DNA of 64,000 nt from positions 73,655-137,654 of the forward strand of contig CALCDZ010000002.1 in NCBI GenBank assembly GCA_937900255.1, written 5' to 3'. Source of the stretch: an uncultured bacterium. Lineage in GTDB: Bacteria; Patescibacteriota; Patescibacteriia; SG8-24; DYFX01. The position numbers were made by a program, and so were the translations under genes. The notes below the pieces were generated by a model. It did not search any database. It was not told the origin of the DNA and saw nothing but the letters and a program-made list of their open reading frames with translations. Shown one piece after another: positions 46,246 to 56,145 of the stretch. How positions within the stretch are numbered: the stretch's first letter is position 1; each line of letters begins with the position of its first letter.

Positions 46246-47380
46246 ACTCGGCATCAAAGGGAAGAACCGCGCCTATTTCGAGGAGCGGCTGGTTTCGAAC
46301 ATCAAGACGCAGCTGAAAGGCCTCCACGCGACGGAAATCCGCCGCCGCACGGGCCTGGTCCGCGTGGAGGTCGGGGACGAGCACGCGCCGGAAGTCCTGA
46401 AGCGCCTGCTCTCGGTGGCCGGCGTCGCCACCATCCAACCCTGCGCCAAGGTCGCTCCGGACGTGGAGGCGATCCTGACGGAAAGCGCCCGCCGCTTCAT
46501 CGGAGCGCGAGGCACGTTCCGCGTGACCGTCCGTCGCCCCGACAAACGTTTCCCGATGACGTCGCAGGACCTTTCGTCCGAAGTCGGAGCGGCGATCCTT
46601 CGAGCCAACCCGGAATTGAAGGTCGACCTGCACGCGCCTGACCGCACCTGCTGGATCGAAGTGACGCATGACGGAGCGTACGTCGCCGACGAGAAGCTGA
46701 AGGGCGCCGGAGGGCTGCCGGCCGGGACCGGCGGCAAGCTGGTCTCACTGCTTTCGGGCGGCATCGATTCGCCCGTCGCCTCGTGGATGATGGCCCGGCG
46801 CGGCGCCAAGCTGCACTACGTGCATTTCCATAACTTCCCGTACACCGACCGCGCGTCGATCGACATCGCGAAGGACCTGGCGCTCGTGCTGAACCGAACG
46901 GCCGTCCAAGCGCATCTTTCGCTCGTGAACCTCACGCCCATCCAGGAAGAGATCGCCGCGCTCTGCAACCCGCAGTACCGCGTCATCCTGTACCGCCGCA
47001 TGATGTTCCGCATCGCCGAACGCCTGGCCCTCCGTGAGAAGGCGGGCGGTCTCGTGACCGGCGAATCGCTCGGGCAGGTCGCTTCGCAGACCGTCGAGAA
47101 CCTGAGGACGATCGAAGCCGTCACGCGCCTGCCGATCCTGCGACCGCTCATCGGCATGGACAAGGAGGAGATCGTCACGCGCGCCAAGGCCATCGGCACC
47201 TACGAGCTCTCCATCCGCCCGCATGCCGACTGCTGCTCGCTCTTCCTCCCGGAACGCCCGGCCACCAAGACGATGGAAGACCTCGTGGCTGAAGACGAGA
47301 AAAAGCTCGATGTCGGGAAGCTCGTCGAGGCGGCGCTGGGCGAGGAAGAAAAGCTGGACCTCAAGGAGGTCGCGTGGTGA
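46220..47380 (+). CDS. thiI: tRNA 4-thiouridine(8) synthase ThiI (THUMP + PP-loop, no rhodanese domain)
   Basis: PP-loop LLSGGIDSPVA, THUMP N-domain. Confidence 0.85.
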   Translation: MTFVIHYAELGIKGKNRAYFEERLVSNIKTQLKGLHATEIRRRTGLVRVEVGDEHAPEVLKRLLSVAGVATIQPCAKVAPDVEAILTESARRFIGARGTFRVTVRRPDKRFPMTSQDLSSEVGAAILRANPELKVDLHAPDRTCWIEVTHDGAYVADEKLKGAGGLPAGTGGKLVSLLSGGIDSPVASWMMARRGAKLHYVHFHNFPYTDRASIDIAKDLALVLNRTAVQAHLSLVNLTPIQEEIAALCNPQYRVILYRRMMFRIAERLALREKAGGLVTGESLGQVASQTVENLRTIEAVTRLPILRPLIGMDKEEIVTRAKAIGTYELSIRPHADCCSLFLPERPATKTMEDLVAEDEKKLDVGKLVEAALGEEEKLDLKEVAW

Positions 47381-47417
47381 GACTTTGAGACAAAAAAACG
47401 ATCCAGCGACGGATCGG

Positions 47418-47699
47418 TCATGAGGACGCGTAGTAGAGAATGATGATCGAGGTCGTGATGGTCGAGGCGCCGGCCAGGGTCACCATCAGCATCCGGTTCC
47501 GTGTCAGGAAGCCGTCGAAGCTGTAGGCCAGTTGGACCGCCAGGATGATCCAGAACATCGTGATGCTGATCCCGGCCGTCTGTCGGGTCATGACGAGCCT
47601 CACCAGCTGCGGCAGCATGGCGCATGTGTTCATGACCCCGAAGACCCACTTTAGATACCTCCAGCGCAGGCACGCGGCGATCCGTTCCCTTGTCGGCAT
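47418..47699 (-). CDS. SemiSWEET/PQ-loop small membrane transporter (3 TM)
   Basis: ~90 aa, PQ motif in first TM (CAMLPQLVRLV), three hydrophobic helices. Confidence 0.5.
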   Translation of the reverse strand: MPTRERIAACLRWRYLKWVFGVMNTCAMLPQLVRLVMTRQTAGISITMFWIILAVQLAYSFDGFLTRNRMLMVTLAGASTITTSIIILYYASS

Positions 47700-47793
47700 G
47701 CTCTTACCTCCGCGGCATCCGTATCATGCCGGAAGCCTCGTGTCAAGGCGAGCTTCACAAAAAGCTCCGAAAAATGTAGGATTCTTCCTGTAT

Positions 47794-48750
47794 ATGAGTA
47801 TCGAACGACCGGAAGCCAAGCGTCCCGATGCGGTGACGCCAGTGCTCGACTCGATCATGACGTTCAAGGAGTATCGGGTGTTGGAACACCCGACGCCGTA
47901 TGTTTTTGAGGCGCACGGATGCGGACGTGAACTCCTGTATTTCGGAGCGCATCACAGCGAGGATCCTGCCGATGCGATGTTCGACGACCTCAAGGCGCGC
48001 TTCGAGACGTTCACCGAAAGCCATCCTCCAGAGGATTCGCTCGTCGTCATCGAAGGCGGTGTGCGTCCGGACGATGCGGATGAGGCCGCCGCCCGGCGTT
48101 CCGGAGAACCGAATTTCACTCAATACCTGGCGCGAGAAAAAGGCTACGAAGTCGTGAGTCCGGAGCCGTCGGATTCCATGTTGTGCGAGAAGTTGATCGA
48201 AGCCGGCTATGCGAAAGAGGATATCGCCGTCGCCGAATGCATCATGCGATTCAGCTACGTGACCAGAGTGCAAAAGCGGCATCCGACGATGGAGGACGTC
48301 GAGAGCGCGTATTTCCGCCTCGAGCCGTTCCTTCAGCTCGATTGGGCTGGCGAGTTGCCTTCGAACGAAGACTTGAAGAAGCTCAAGCAGGACGATCCAG
48401 AAGACTTCGAACGGTTTCGAAAGGGGATTGATCGGCGCATTCTCGATCGGCTGGAGGCACGTTTCTTCATCGTCACGGGTAAGCGGATGCGCAGAGATGA
48501 GGAGGCCAGCGAAGATGAATTCCCGGTCGATCCGAAATTGATGGAGGCTCATGACGATCCCGCCGATGCGGCCGGAGTCGGAGGGCCGTATGTCGCCATC
48601 CACGCGTTGACGAGCGAGATTCGGGACCGCGCTATCGTCCGCACGATCGGTCAGGCCTTGATGGGCGGCAAGAGCGTCTTCGTCGTCTACGGCGCCTCGC
48701 ATGCCGTCATGCAGGAACCCGCTTTGAAGAAAATGATGGAAACGCTATGA
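47794..48750 (+). CDS. hypothetical protein, possibly TraB/GumN-family
   Basis: GAHHS near N-terminus and YGASHAV near C-terminus resemble the paired GxxH motifs of TraB/GumN proteins (weak). Confidence 0.35.
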   Translation: MSIERPEAKRPDAVTPVLDSIMTFKEYRVLEHPTPYVFEAHGCGRELLYFGAHHSEDPADAMFDDLKARFETFTESHPPEDSLVVIEGGVRPDDADEAAARRSGEPNFTQYLAREKGYEVVSPEPSDSMLCEKLIEAGYAKEDIAVAECIMRFSYVTRVQKRHPTMEDVESAYFRLEPFLQLDWAGELPSNEDLKKLKQDDPEDFERFRKGIDRRILDRLEARFFIVTGKRMRRDEEASEDEFPVDPKLMEAHDDPADAAGVGGPYVAIHALTSEIRDRAIVRTIGQALMGGKSVFVVYGASHAVMQEPALKKMMETL

Positions 48751-49427
48751 GCCGCCTCTACGTCGTGGCGACGCCGATCGGGAATTTGGACGACATGAGC
48801 CCGCGCGCGCTGCAGGCGCTCTCCGAGGCGCAGCTCGTGCTCTGCGAGGACACGCGCATGACCCGCAAGATCATGTCGCACTTCGAACTGAAGACGGCGC
48901 TCACGAGCTATCATGAATACACCGGACCCGGAAAGATCCGCCAGCTGGTCGCGCGCATCACGGCGGGGGAGACGATGGCGCTGGTCAGCGACGCCGGCAC
49001 GCCCGGCATCTCCGACCCTGGCGCCAAGTTCGTCTCCGAACTCGTCCGCGAAGCTGGCAGCGCCGTGAAGATCGTGCCGATCCCGGGGCCTTCGGCGGCC
49101 ATCGCGCTCCTCTCGGCCTCCGGCCTCTACGCTGACAGCTACGTCTTCCACGGCTTCCCGCCGCACAAGAAAGGGAGGATGGGGTTCTGGAAGGCGATCG
49201 CCGAGGAGGAACGCACCTCCGTCTTCTACGAGAGCCCGCACCGCGTCGAGAAGGCCGTGGCCGAACTCGTGCCCCTCTGCGCGCCGGACCGCAAGATCGT
49301 CATCGGCCGCGAGCTGACCAAGGTCTACGAATCGATCCGCTACGGCACGATGGATGAAGCCATCGGCCTGTTGGCATCCGAACCGATCAAAGGAGAATAT
49401 GTCATCGCCATCGAGGGCAAACGCTGA
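48747..49427 (+). CDS. rsmI: 16S rRNA (cytidine1402-2'-O)-methyltransferase RsmI
   Basis: Tetrapyrrole-methylase fold; LYVVATPIGNLDD...LCEDTR N-terminus typical of RsmI. Confidence 0.85.
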   Translation: MSRLYVVATPIGNLDDMSPRALQALSEAQLVLCEDTRMTRKIMSHFELKTALTSYHEYTGPGKIRQLVARITAGETMALVSDAGTPGISDPGAKFVSELVREAGSAVKIVPIPGPSAAIALLSASGLYADSYVFHGFPPHKKGRMGFWKAIAEEERTSVFYESPHRVEKAVAELVPLCAPDRKIVIGRELTKVYESIRYGTMDEAIGLLASEPIKGEYVIAIEGKR

Positions 49428-49428
49428 T

Positions 49429-50937
49429 ATGCCCAAAAACACCTACTCCATCACCACCACCTTGCCGTACGTCAACGCCGACCCGCATATCGGTTTCGCC
49501 TTGGAAATCGTGCAAGCAGACGTCTTGGCGCGCTGGCACCGCCTCAAGGGCGAGGAGGTCGTCTTCAATACCGGCACCGACGAGCATGGGCAGAAGATCC
49601 AGGCCGCTGCCGAGAAGGCCGACATGGACCCGAAAGCGTATTGTGACGAGTACGCCGCCAAGTTCCATGGCCTGAAGGAGGCACTGGACCTGACCTACAC
49701 CAACTTCATCCGCACGACCGACGAGCATCACGTGAAAGCCGCCCAGGAATTCTGGAAGCGCTGCGATGCGGCGGGCGACATCTATAAGAAGCAGTACCAA
49801 GTGAAGTACTGCGTCGGCTGCGAGCTGGAGAAGACCGATTCGGAGCTGGTCGACGGCAAGTGCCCGATCCACCCGAAGCTCGAAGTCGAGCTGCGCGATG
49901 AGGAGAACTATTTCTTCCGCTGGTCGAAGTACCAGGCCGCGCTCCTCAAGCACTACGGGGAAAACCCGGGATTCGTGATGCCGGAGAGTCGCCTGAAAGA
50001 GATCCGCTCGTTCGTCGAGGGGGGTCTCATGGACTTCAGCATCTCGCGCCTCAAGGAGAAGATGTCCTGGGGCGTGCCGGTGCCGGGCGATGAGGCGCAC
50101 GTGATGTACGTGTGGTTCGACGCGCTCGTGAACTATATCTCCACCCTCGGCTGGCCCGCTTCCGGCGATTTCGAGAAGTTCTGGCCCGGCGTGCAGGTCG
50201 CCGGCAAGGATAACCTGCGCCAGCAATCGGCCATGTGGCAGGGAATGCTGCTCTCGGCCGGTCTGCCGCTCTCCAAGCAGATTTTCATCCACGGCTTCAT
50301 CACCGCCGACGGCCAGAAGATGTCCAAGTCGCTCGGCAACGTGGTGAATCCGTACGATCTCGTACAGGCCTACGGCACCGATCCGGTGCGCTACTACCTG
50401 CTCGGCAGCCTGCCCGCCTACGAGGATGGCGACTATTCCAGGAAGCAGTTCGAAGAGGCCTACGCCGCCAAGTTGGTGAACGGCATCGGTAACTTGGCCG
50501 CCCGTACCGCCACCATGGTCGAGAAGTATTGCGACGCCAAAGTTCCGGCGGCAGTGCCAGACCGTTTCAACACGGAAGATTTCTGGAAAGCGTACGAGGC
50601 TTCGCTTGATCGCTATCACTTCGACGAAGCCATCCGCGTCCTTGAGCGCTACGTCACGGGCGTGAATCAGGCCATTGACCTTGAGGCGCCATTCAAGAAG
50701 GCCAAGCTCGGCGAGGACGTCGCTCCATTCATGTACCAGCTGGCCGAAGCGCTCCGCCACATCGGCACGGCCCTCCTGCCGGTCATCCCGGCGGCGGCAA
50801 GCCGCATCCTGGCCCAGCTCTCCATCGATCCCGCGGACGTCCGGCTGCCGGAAGCCGAAGCCTGGGGCGGCCTCAAGACCGGTGCCGTCGTCAAGAAAGG
50901 AGAGATCCTGTTCCCGAGGCTGGAAGCCAAAAGCTAG
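49429..50937 (+). CDS. metG: methionine--tRNA ligase, minimal form (no C-terminal tRNA-binding domain)
   Basis: HIGH-like PHIGF, KMSKS, anticodon-binding helical domain; 502 aa. Confidence 0.9.
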   Translation: MPKNTYSITTTLPYVNADPHIGFALEIVQADVLARWHRLKGEEVVFNTGTDEHGQKIQAAAEKADMDPKAYCDEYAAKFHGLKEALDLTYTNFIRTTDEHHVKAAQEFWKRCDAAGDIYKKQYQVKYCVGCELEKTDSELVDGKCPIHPKLEVELRDEENYFFRWSKYQAALLKHYGENPGFVMPESRLKEIRSFVEGGLMDFSISRLKEKMSWGVPVPGDEAHVMYVWFDALVNYISTLGWPASGDFEKFWPGVQVAGKDNLRQQSAMWQGMLLSAGLPLSKQIFIHGFITADGQKMSKSLGNVVNPYDLVQAYGTDPVRYYLLGSLPAYEDGDYSRKQFEEAYAAKLVNGIGNLAARTATMVEKYCDAKVPAAVPDRFNTEDFWKAYEASLDRYHFDEAIRVLERYVTGVNQAIDLEAPFKKAKLGEDVAPFMYQLAEALRHIGTALLPVIPAAASRILAQLSIDPADVRLPEAEAWGGLKTGAVVKKGEILFPRLEAKS

Positions 50938-50944
50938 AAGGCGG

Positions 50945-50980
50945 AAGCCGAAAGCCCCTGCTTTTGGCTTTTTGTTTTTT
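50945..50980 (+). terminator. rho-independent terminator after metG
   Basis: AAGCCGAAAGC-ccct-GCTTTTGGCTT followed by TTTTGTTTTTT. Confidence 0.7.
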
Positions 50981-50997
50981 CCTTTATACTTGACGAT

Positions 50998-51174
50998 ATG
51001 GACACCCCTGATTCCATTGAAGAGAAGGCCAGGCGGCTGCAGGCGGCCTACGACGAATTCATGGGCCAGCTGCGCGGCTTGGAGCACGAGAAGCTCGAGG
51101 TCATGAGGCGCGTGATCGGCGACCTGGAGAAGGAAGAGATCGAGCGGATCCTGAACGACCTTAAACAGCCTTGA
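50998..51174 (+). CDS. small (58 aa) coiled-coil hypothetical protein
   Basis: ATG..TGA ORF MDTPDSIEEKARRLQAAYDEFMGQLRGLEHEKLEVMRRVIGDLEKEEIERILNDLKQP; below ORF-track size cutoff; 1 nt before next gene. Confidence 0.35.
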   Translation: MDTPDSIEEKARRLQAAYDEFMGQLRGLEHEKLEVMRRVIGDLEKEEIERILNDLKQP

Positions 51175-51175
51175 T

Positions 51176-53020
51176 ATGGCCGAACCCGCACGCAAGGAAC
51201 AGCCGCAGGCGCCGGAAACGGCTCCGGAAGCCTCTGCCGGAAAAACGCCAGAAGTCCTGATGCAAAAGAAACGGGAGTCGGATGCGGCGGTGGACACGGC
51301 CGTCGCCGACTTCACGCACTCGACGCAATCCTGGTGGCAGCGGGCCAAGACCTTTTTCGCTCGTGCCAATGATCTGGTACGGGGCGGCGAGGCCGTCAGC
51401 GATCTTGAGGGGAAGGCGGATGCCTTGAAGAAGGAATACGAGGAGAAGTCTGAAGCGATCGTCGCGCCGAAAACCCATGAACCGGAAATCAAGAAGGCCG
51501 AAACGGTTACCGAAGCCCCGAAAGCGCCCGCCGAAGCGTCCTTGAAGCCGGATGACGCGCTTGACGAGGCCTTCGATGAAGGCAAAGCCGATTTGGATAA
51601 GGAGATCGCCGCGGCGGGCGGCATGGAAAAGTGGAAGCTTCAGCAGCTGAACACCCAAATCCCGATCGCTCGTCAACGACTCGCGCAGGAGACGGCGGCG
51701 TTCAAGGCTGCCGCCAAACCTGCCAGGAGTTTTTTCGCATCGAAAGAGAAGCAGGAAAAGAAGAGCGAGGCGTTCGCGCGTATGCTGAAGACAGGCTTGG
51801 ATGTGCATGATGCGTCGAAGAGTCTTGAGGAACTCCGCGCTAAGATGGCAAAGGATCGTGCAGAGCGCATCGCGGCGATGGGGGAGCGCGTGGACGCGGC
51901 CATGGCAGAGGAAGAGGAGAGGGAAAAAATCGATGATGAGATCCACGAGGCGATAGTGGCCGAGCAAGAGAAGAACGCGATGAAGGCTACCGAGGATCTT
52001 GACGTCGCGACCAAGGCGAATCAGGAACGGATCGCCGCCAAGGACAAGGAATGGGCCGAGGCCAGGGCGAAGTTCGATCGCATCAAGGGGATGACGGAGC
52101 GGGTGGATGCCTATATGCAGGCGCAGGATGATTTGGCTGCGGACGCCGGCGAGGCGGAGCGGCAGGCATCGGCGGAAGGCGAGAGTGCAGGCGCTCTCGT
52201 GAAAAGCGGTGGCCGTGAGGCTCCCAGCACCCCTGAAGCGCAAAAAAGCTTGAAGTCGGGTGAGCAAGAGGTCAGTCGGGAAACGGTGCCTCCGGAAGCC
52301 GTCGAAATCATTGACGCGGACATGGATGAAAGTGACGATGGAGAACCTGAAACCGAGGGTCGTGAGCAGGGCGAGCCGGACGCGATCGAGATGGTCGATG
52401 TCGGTGGAGGCCGCTATGCGCCCGATTTCCAAGCTCGTCCAAAGGAGGGTATGCCTTTGGACGAGCTGAGGCAGCATCTGGCCTGGAGGAAAGAGCGGCT
52501 TGAGGCTGAACAAAAGCGGTATGACGCACGAAAGCCCGGGGATCGTGCCAGGAACGACGATCCCGCGAGACCGCCGCGTTTTAACGCGGTCCAACTGCGG
52601 AAGGAACGGGAGATGATCGCGCGGATGGAAGAGGATCTGGCACGACGTGAACGTGAGGAACATGAAGATATGGCGGTGCAAGAAGTTCCGGAACCGGAGC
52701 CCAAGCCCGCAAAACCTCCCGTGCCCGAAGCGGAGAAGGCGAAAAAAGCCAAGGAGGACGAACGCCTGGTGAAGATAGAAGAAAAAGTCCTCAAGGCCGC
52801 CGCCGCGTTGGCAGGAAAGTCCAAAGGTAAAAGCGAATCGGCCCTGCGGGCGGCCATCGATGAGTTCAATAGGATGGATGAGTCCGCCTTCCTTGCCGCG
52901 ATGCAGGAAAGGAAGTACTTGAATCCCAGCGACGTCAAGGCTCTCAGGGGAGACATCGCCTTGCAGAGGCACCTCAGGGACTCCTTCGTGGAGACGATGC
53001 GCAATCCGTCCGCCTCATGA
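51176..53020 (+). CDS. large highly charged (E/K/A/R-rich) coiled-coil / disordered protein
   Basis: 614 aa, no TM, pervasive charged heptad-like repeats; stop overlaps cvpA start (ATGA). Confidence 0.5.
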   Translation: MAEPARKEQPQAPETAPEASAGKTPEVLMQKKRESDAAVDTAVADFTHSTQSWWQRAKTFFARANDLVRGGEAVSDLEGKADALKKEYEEKSEAIVAPKTHEPEIKKAETVTEAPKAPAEASLKPDDALDEAFDEGKADLDKEIAAAGGMEKWKLQQLNTQIPIARQRLAQETAAFKAAAKPARSFFASKEKQEKKSEAFARMLKTGLDVHDASKSLEELRAKMAKDRAERIAAMGERVDAAMAEEEEREKIDDEIHEAIVAEQEKNAMKATEDLDVATKANQERIAAKDKEWAEARAKFDRIKGMTERVDAYMQAQDDLAADAGEAERQASAEGESAGALVKSGGREAPSTPEAQKSLKSGEQEVSRETVPPEAVEIIDADMDESDDGEPETEGREQGEPDAIEMVDVGGGRYAPDFQARPKEGMPLDELRQHLAWRKERLEAEQKRYDARKPGDRARNDDPARPPRFNAVQLRKEREMIARMEEDLARREREEHEDMAVQEVPEPEPKPAKPPVPEAEKAKKAKEDERLVKIEEKVLKAAAALAGKSKGKSESALRAAIDEFNRMDESAFLAAMQERKYLNPSDVKALRGDIALQRHLRDSFVETMRNPSAS

Positions 53021-53511
53021 CCTTCCTCGACCTCATCCTCAGCCTGGCCGTCTTCGCCTTCGTGCTGGCGGGGCTGTGGTTCGGGCTGATCAGCGCCTTG
53101 GGAGCGCTCGTCGGCACCATCGCTTCGGTCCTGGTGGCCGGGCATTATGCCGCCGCCGGGGCGTTCGGCGCTTCGAACACGGCGCGCGTGCTGACTTTCC
53201 TCGTCATCATGGTCTTGGTCAACCGGCTGATCGGCCTGGTGTTCTGGATTATCGACAAGATCTTCAGGATCGTCGCCGTCATCCCGCTGCTCAAGACCTT
53301 CAATGCGTTGCTCGGAGGATTGCTCGGCCTGGTCGAAGGCATCCTGGTGGTCGGCGGCGGGCTCTACGTGGCCGCCCGGTATCCGGTCGTCTCGGGTTTC
53401 GCCGGGCTTTTGACCGCCTCGCAGGTCGGCCTCTGGCTCCTGCACGCCTTCGGCTTCTTCGCTCCGCTCCTGCCGCAGGCCATCCGCCAGATCCAATCGG
53501 TGATTTCCTGA
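53017..53511 (+). CDS. CvpA-family membrane protein
   Basis: 4 TM helices with CvpA-like topology (~160 aa). Confidence 0.6.
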   Translation: MTFLDLILSLAVFAFVLAGLWFGLISALGALVGTIASVLVAGHYAAAGAFGASNTARVLTFLVIMVLVNRLIGLVFWIIDKIFRIVAVIPLLKTFNALLGGLLGLVEGILVVGGGLYVAARYPVVSGFAGLLTASQVGLWLLHAFGFFAPLLPQAIRQIQSVIS

Positions 53512-54041
53512 TGACTATGCCATTCGAACGGCCGTCCATTCAGGATTCAGCAGAAGCTTCGTCGAAGCTGCGCGAGCGTTTGTTTTCCGGAGACCTTTCC
53601 CCGGATGATTTTCTTGAGGCGCTGATGGAGATCGATCAATCGACGCCAAGTCACGATGCGGCTCATGCGACCGCCGTAGTCCTGGAATCGCCCGAGGTCC
53701 GCGCGCGGTGCGTGACGGGAAAAGAGGATATCTTCGGTTATGCCAACCTGTTGTCCCTTTCGCGTTTCCACGCGGGGCAGTCGGAAGCGATGGCGGGCGG
53801 CGACGCTTTGCCGGAGTTCGAAAAGAGCCTTGCGGCCGCGCTTGAGGTCGAAGATCCCGGCTATAGCGAGTGGCAGGACTACGTCCGCGCCACCGTGGCG
53901 TACTTCCGGAAGGATCAATTGACTCTTGAGCGCTCCCTGGACGTCATGCCAGACGGTGCCAACAGGCGCATCATCGCCAATTTGCTGCAGGGCTTGAAAG
54001 CCCGCGGCGACATCGATTACCGCGCCGATTATCGAACGTAA
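53511..54041 (+). CDS. hypothetical protein
   Basis: ATG overlaps cvpA stop (ATGA); no recognisable motifs. Confidence 0.4.
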   Translation: MTMPFERPSIQDSAEASSKLRERLFSGDLSPDDFLEALMEIDQSTPSHDAAHATAVVLESPEVRARCVTGKEDIFGYANLLSLSRFHAGQSEAMAGGDALPEFEKSLAAALEVEDPGYSEWQDYVRATVAYFRKDQLTLERSLDVMPDGANRRIIANLLQGLKARGDIDYRADYRT

Positions 54042-54045
54042 CGAT

Positions 54046-54927
54046 ATGCTGATCGACACGCATTGCCACGTGCACTTCAACGCCTATAAGGATGACATGG
54101 ATGAGGTCGTCCGGTCTTGCCTTTCCCAAGGCGTGCAGATGGTGGCGATCGGCACCCAGAAGGACACGAGCGCGAACGCCATCAAGCTGGCGGAACGGTA
54201 CGACGGCGTCTGGGCGACGGTCGGGCTGCATCCTTCGCACATCTTCGAGGGCTATCACGACGAAGGCGAGGTGCAGTTCAAGTCGCGCAACGAGCGGTTC
54301 GACCCGGCCTACTACGGAGATCTCTTGGGGCACCCGAAAGTCGTGGCGGTGGGGGAGATGGGGCTCGATTATCATTACGAGTACGAAGGCGTGACGCCGG
54401 ATGAGATGAAGGCACGGGAATCCGGAGCGTTCGAGGCCGGCGCGCGCTTGGCGATCGCGCACGACCTTCCGGTCGTCATCCATTGCCGCGATGCTCATGA
54501 CGATCAGATCGCCCTGATCGAAAGAATCTGGGGACCGGTCCGCGCCGACGAGCCGCCACGCGGCGTCATCCACTGCTTCACCGGAAGCCGCGCCGACGCC
54601 GAACGGTACCTCGCCCTCGGTTTTTACCTGGCCTTCGGCGGCACCATCACGTACCCGCCCAGGAAGTCGGACGTCAAAGCCGGCAAAGAGCTCCTGACCG
54701 ATGTGGTGAAGTGGGCGCCGCTCGACCGCATCGTCATCGAGACCGACGCGCCGTATTTGACGCCGGTACCCCATCGCGGCGAGCGCAACACGCCGCTCTT
54801 CGTAACGCATGTGGCCGAGAAGGTCGCGGAGCTCAAGCAGGTGCCGTTCAACGAGGTGGCGGAAGCCACGAGCGCCAACGCCCGCAGGCTGTTCCGGAAG
54901 ATGCGGGGTTCCGGCTCCCGAGATTGA
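54046..54927 (+). CDS. tatD: TatD-family metal-dependent deoxyribonuclease
   Basis: IDTHCHV N-terminus, TIM-barrel metal-ligand His/Asp pattern (ETDAPY). Confidence 0.85.
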   Translation: MLIDTHCHVHFNAYKDDMDEVVRSCLSQGVQMVAIGTQKDTSANAIKLAERYDGVWATVGLHPSHIFEGYHDEGEVQFKSRNERFDPAYYGDLLGHPKVVAVGEMGLDYHYEYEGVTPDEMKARESGAFEAGARLAIAHDLPVVIHCRDAHDDQIALIERIWGPVRADEPPRGVIHCFTGSRADAERYLALGFYLAFGGTITYPPRKSDVKAGKELLTDVVKWAPLDRIVIETDAPYLTPVPHRGERNTPLFVTHVAEKVAELKQVPFNEVAEATSANARRLFRKMRGSGSRD

Positions 54928-54971
54928 CGCGAAGGCCTTTTGTCCGCATACTGCGGGCACAGGAGGTTTTG

Positions 54972-56126
54972 ATGCACTTTGATAAAGAAGTTCTTCTCTT
55001 GGACAAGAAGAGCGGCGTGCTTTTGATGGACCCCGTGGATGCCGGCCTGCTGGACGAGTTGGTCGCTGCATGGGTGAACCGGCATCGTCTTGTTCCGCCG
55101 CGGATCGTCGAAAAGATCGTGGATGCCTCGCCGGGGAGGTTTTCCGGTCTCGTCCTGGGCGACGTAAGGTGCCATGAGCTGAGGCTCTTGCTCGCATGTT
55201 ACACGGCCTGGCTGATGGTCGTTGATGATCGCCTGGAATCGGAGTCTTCCGAAAGCATCTTCCGGGTTTTCGATCGGACGACGCGCGATCCGTTCGCCAA
55301 TCAGGCGTTGCAGGCCTTGGGGGATCTGACGCGGCGCGGCAGATCGTTGGTCAAGCATCCGGAGCGATGGGCCGGTCGATTCGCCCGGAACGTCGACAAT
55401 TACCTGTTGGGCTGCATGGTCGAGGCCAATCACCGTCTTCAGATGGCGACCCCGGCCTTCGATCAGTACCAGGACCTGCGGCTCTCCACGAGCGGTGCGA
55501 TGCCGTTCTTGGACATCCTTGACTTGGCACACCAGGAAGATCTTCCGGGCGGATTCCATGAACGAAGGCTGGTGGAAGATTTCCGGCGTCTGGCCGGATT
55601 TGTCTTCGCTTGGGCCAATGACATCATCGGTTTCCGTTCCTGCCGGACGGAGGCGGATAAAGAGGATCGCCTGAACCTCGTGGCCGTCGTGGCGAAGGAG
55701 CTCGGTCTCGAACCCGGAGACGCTCGAAAGACGGCGTTCCGCCGAGTGTACCAGCCTGAAGTCGCCAGACTTTCGGACTTCATGGATCGCCTGGAGGTGC
55801 TGCTGGGCGGATCCGATCCGGCATCGAAGGGCGTCCTCAGTCGATACTTCCAGATCATCGCCCGTGCTTTGGACGGGGTCGTCGCATGGCATGTCAGGAG
55901 CGATCGTTATCAGGCGGAATCAGCGGTTCCTGTCGTGCTGGATGACAGGGGTTCCGCGACCCCGACTCCCTCCAGGGCCGACGGACTCGCCCTGGTCATT
56001 CCCTCGTCACGCGATCGCGATGACGGGGTGCCTGTTCCCACCGAAGACGTCACGCCCACGGGTGTCCGTCATCAGATCGGGAAACTTGCGGACCGTTCTC
56101 GCGGACATCGATCCCCACGCCGTTGA
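54972..56126 (+). CDS. class I terpene synthase-like protein
   Basis: Asp-rich motif VVDDRLE at ~res 85, NSE-like NDIIGFRSCRTE at ~res 216, C-terminal WHVRSDRY (RY pair); spacing matches bacterial terpene cyclases; AGGAGG RBS 5 nt upstream. Confidence 0.5.
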   Translation: MHFDKEVLLLDKKSGVLLMDPVDAGLLDELVAAWVNRHRLVPPRIVEKIVDASPGRFSGLVLGDVRCHELRLLLACYTAWLMVVDDRLESESSESIFRVFDRTTRDPFANQALQALGDLTRRGRSLVKHPERWAGRFARNVDNYLLGCMVEANHRLQMATPAFDQYQDLRLSTSGAMPFLDILDLAHQEDLPGGFHERRLVEDFRRLAGFVFAWANDIIGFRSCRTEADKEDRLNLVAVVAKELGLEPGDARKTAFRRVYQPEVARLSDFMDRLEVLLGGSDPASKGVLSRYFQIIARALDGVVAWHVRSDRYQAESAVPVVLDDRGSATPTPSRADGLALVIPSSRDRDDGVPVPTEDVTPTGVRHQIGKLADRSRGHRSPRR

Positions 56127-56145
56127 AGGCGATCTTCGAGCAAAT

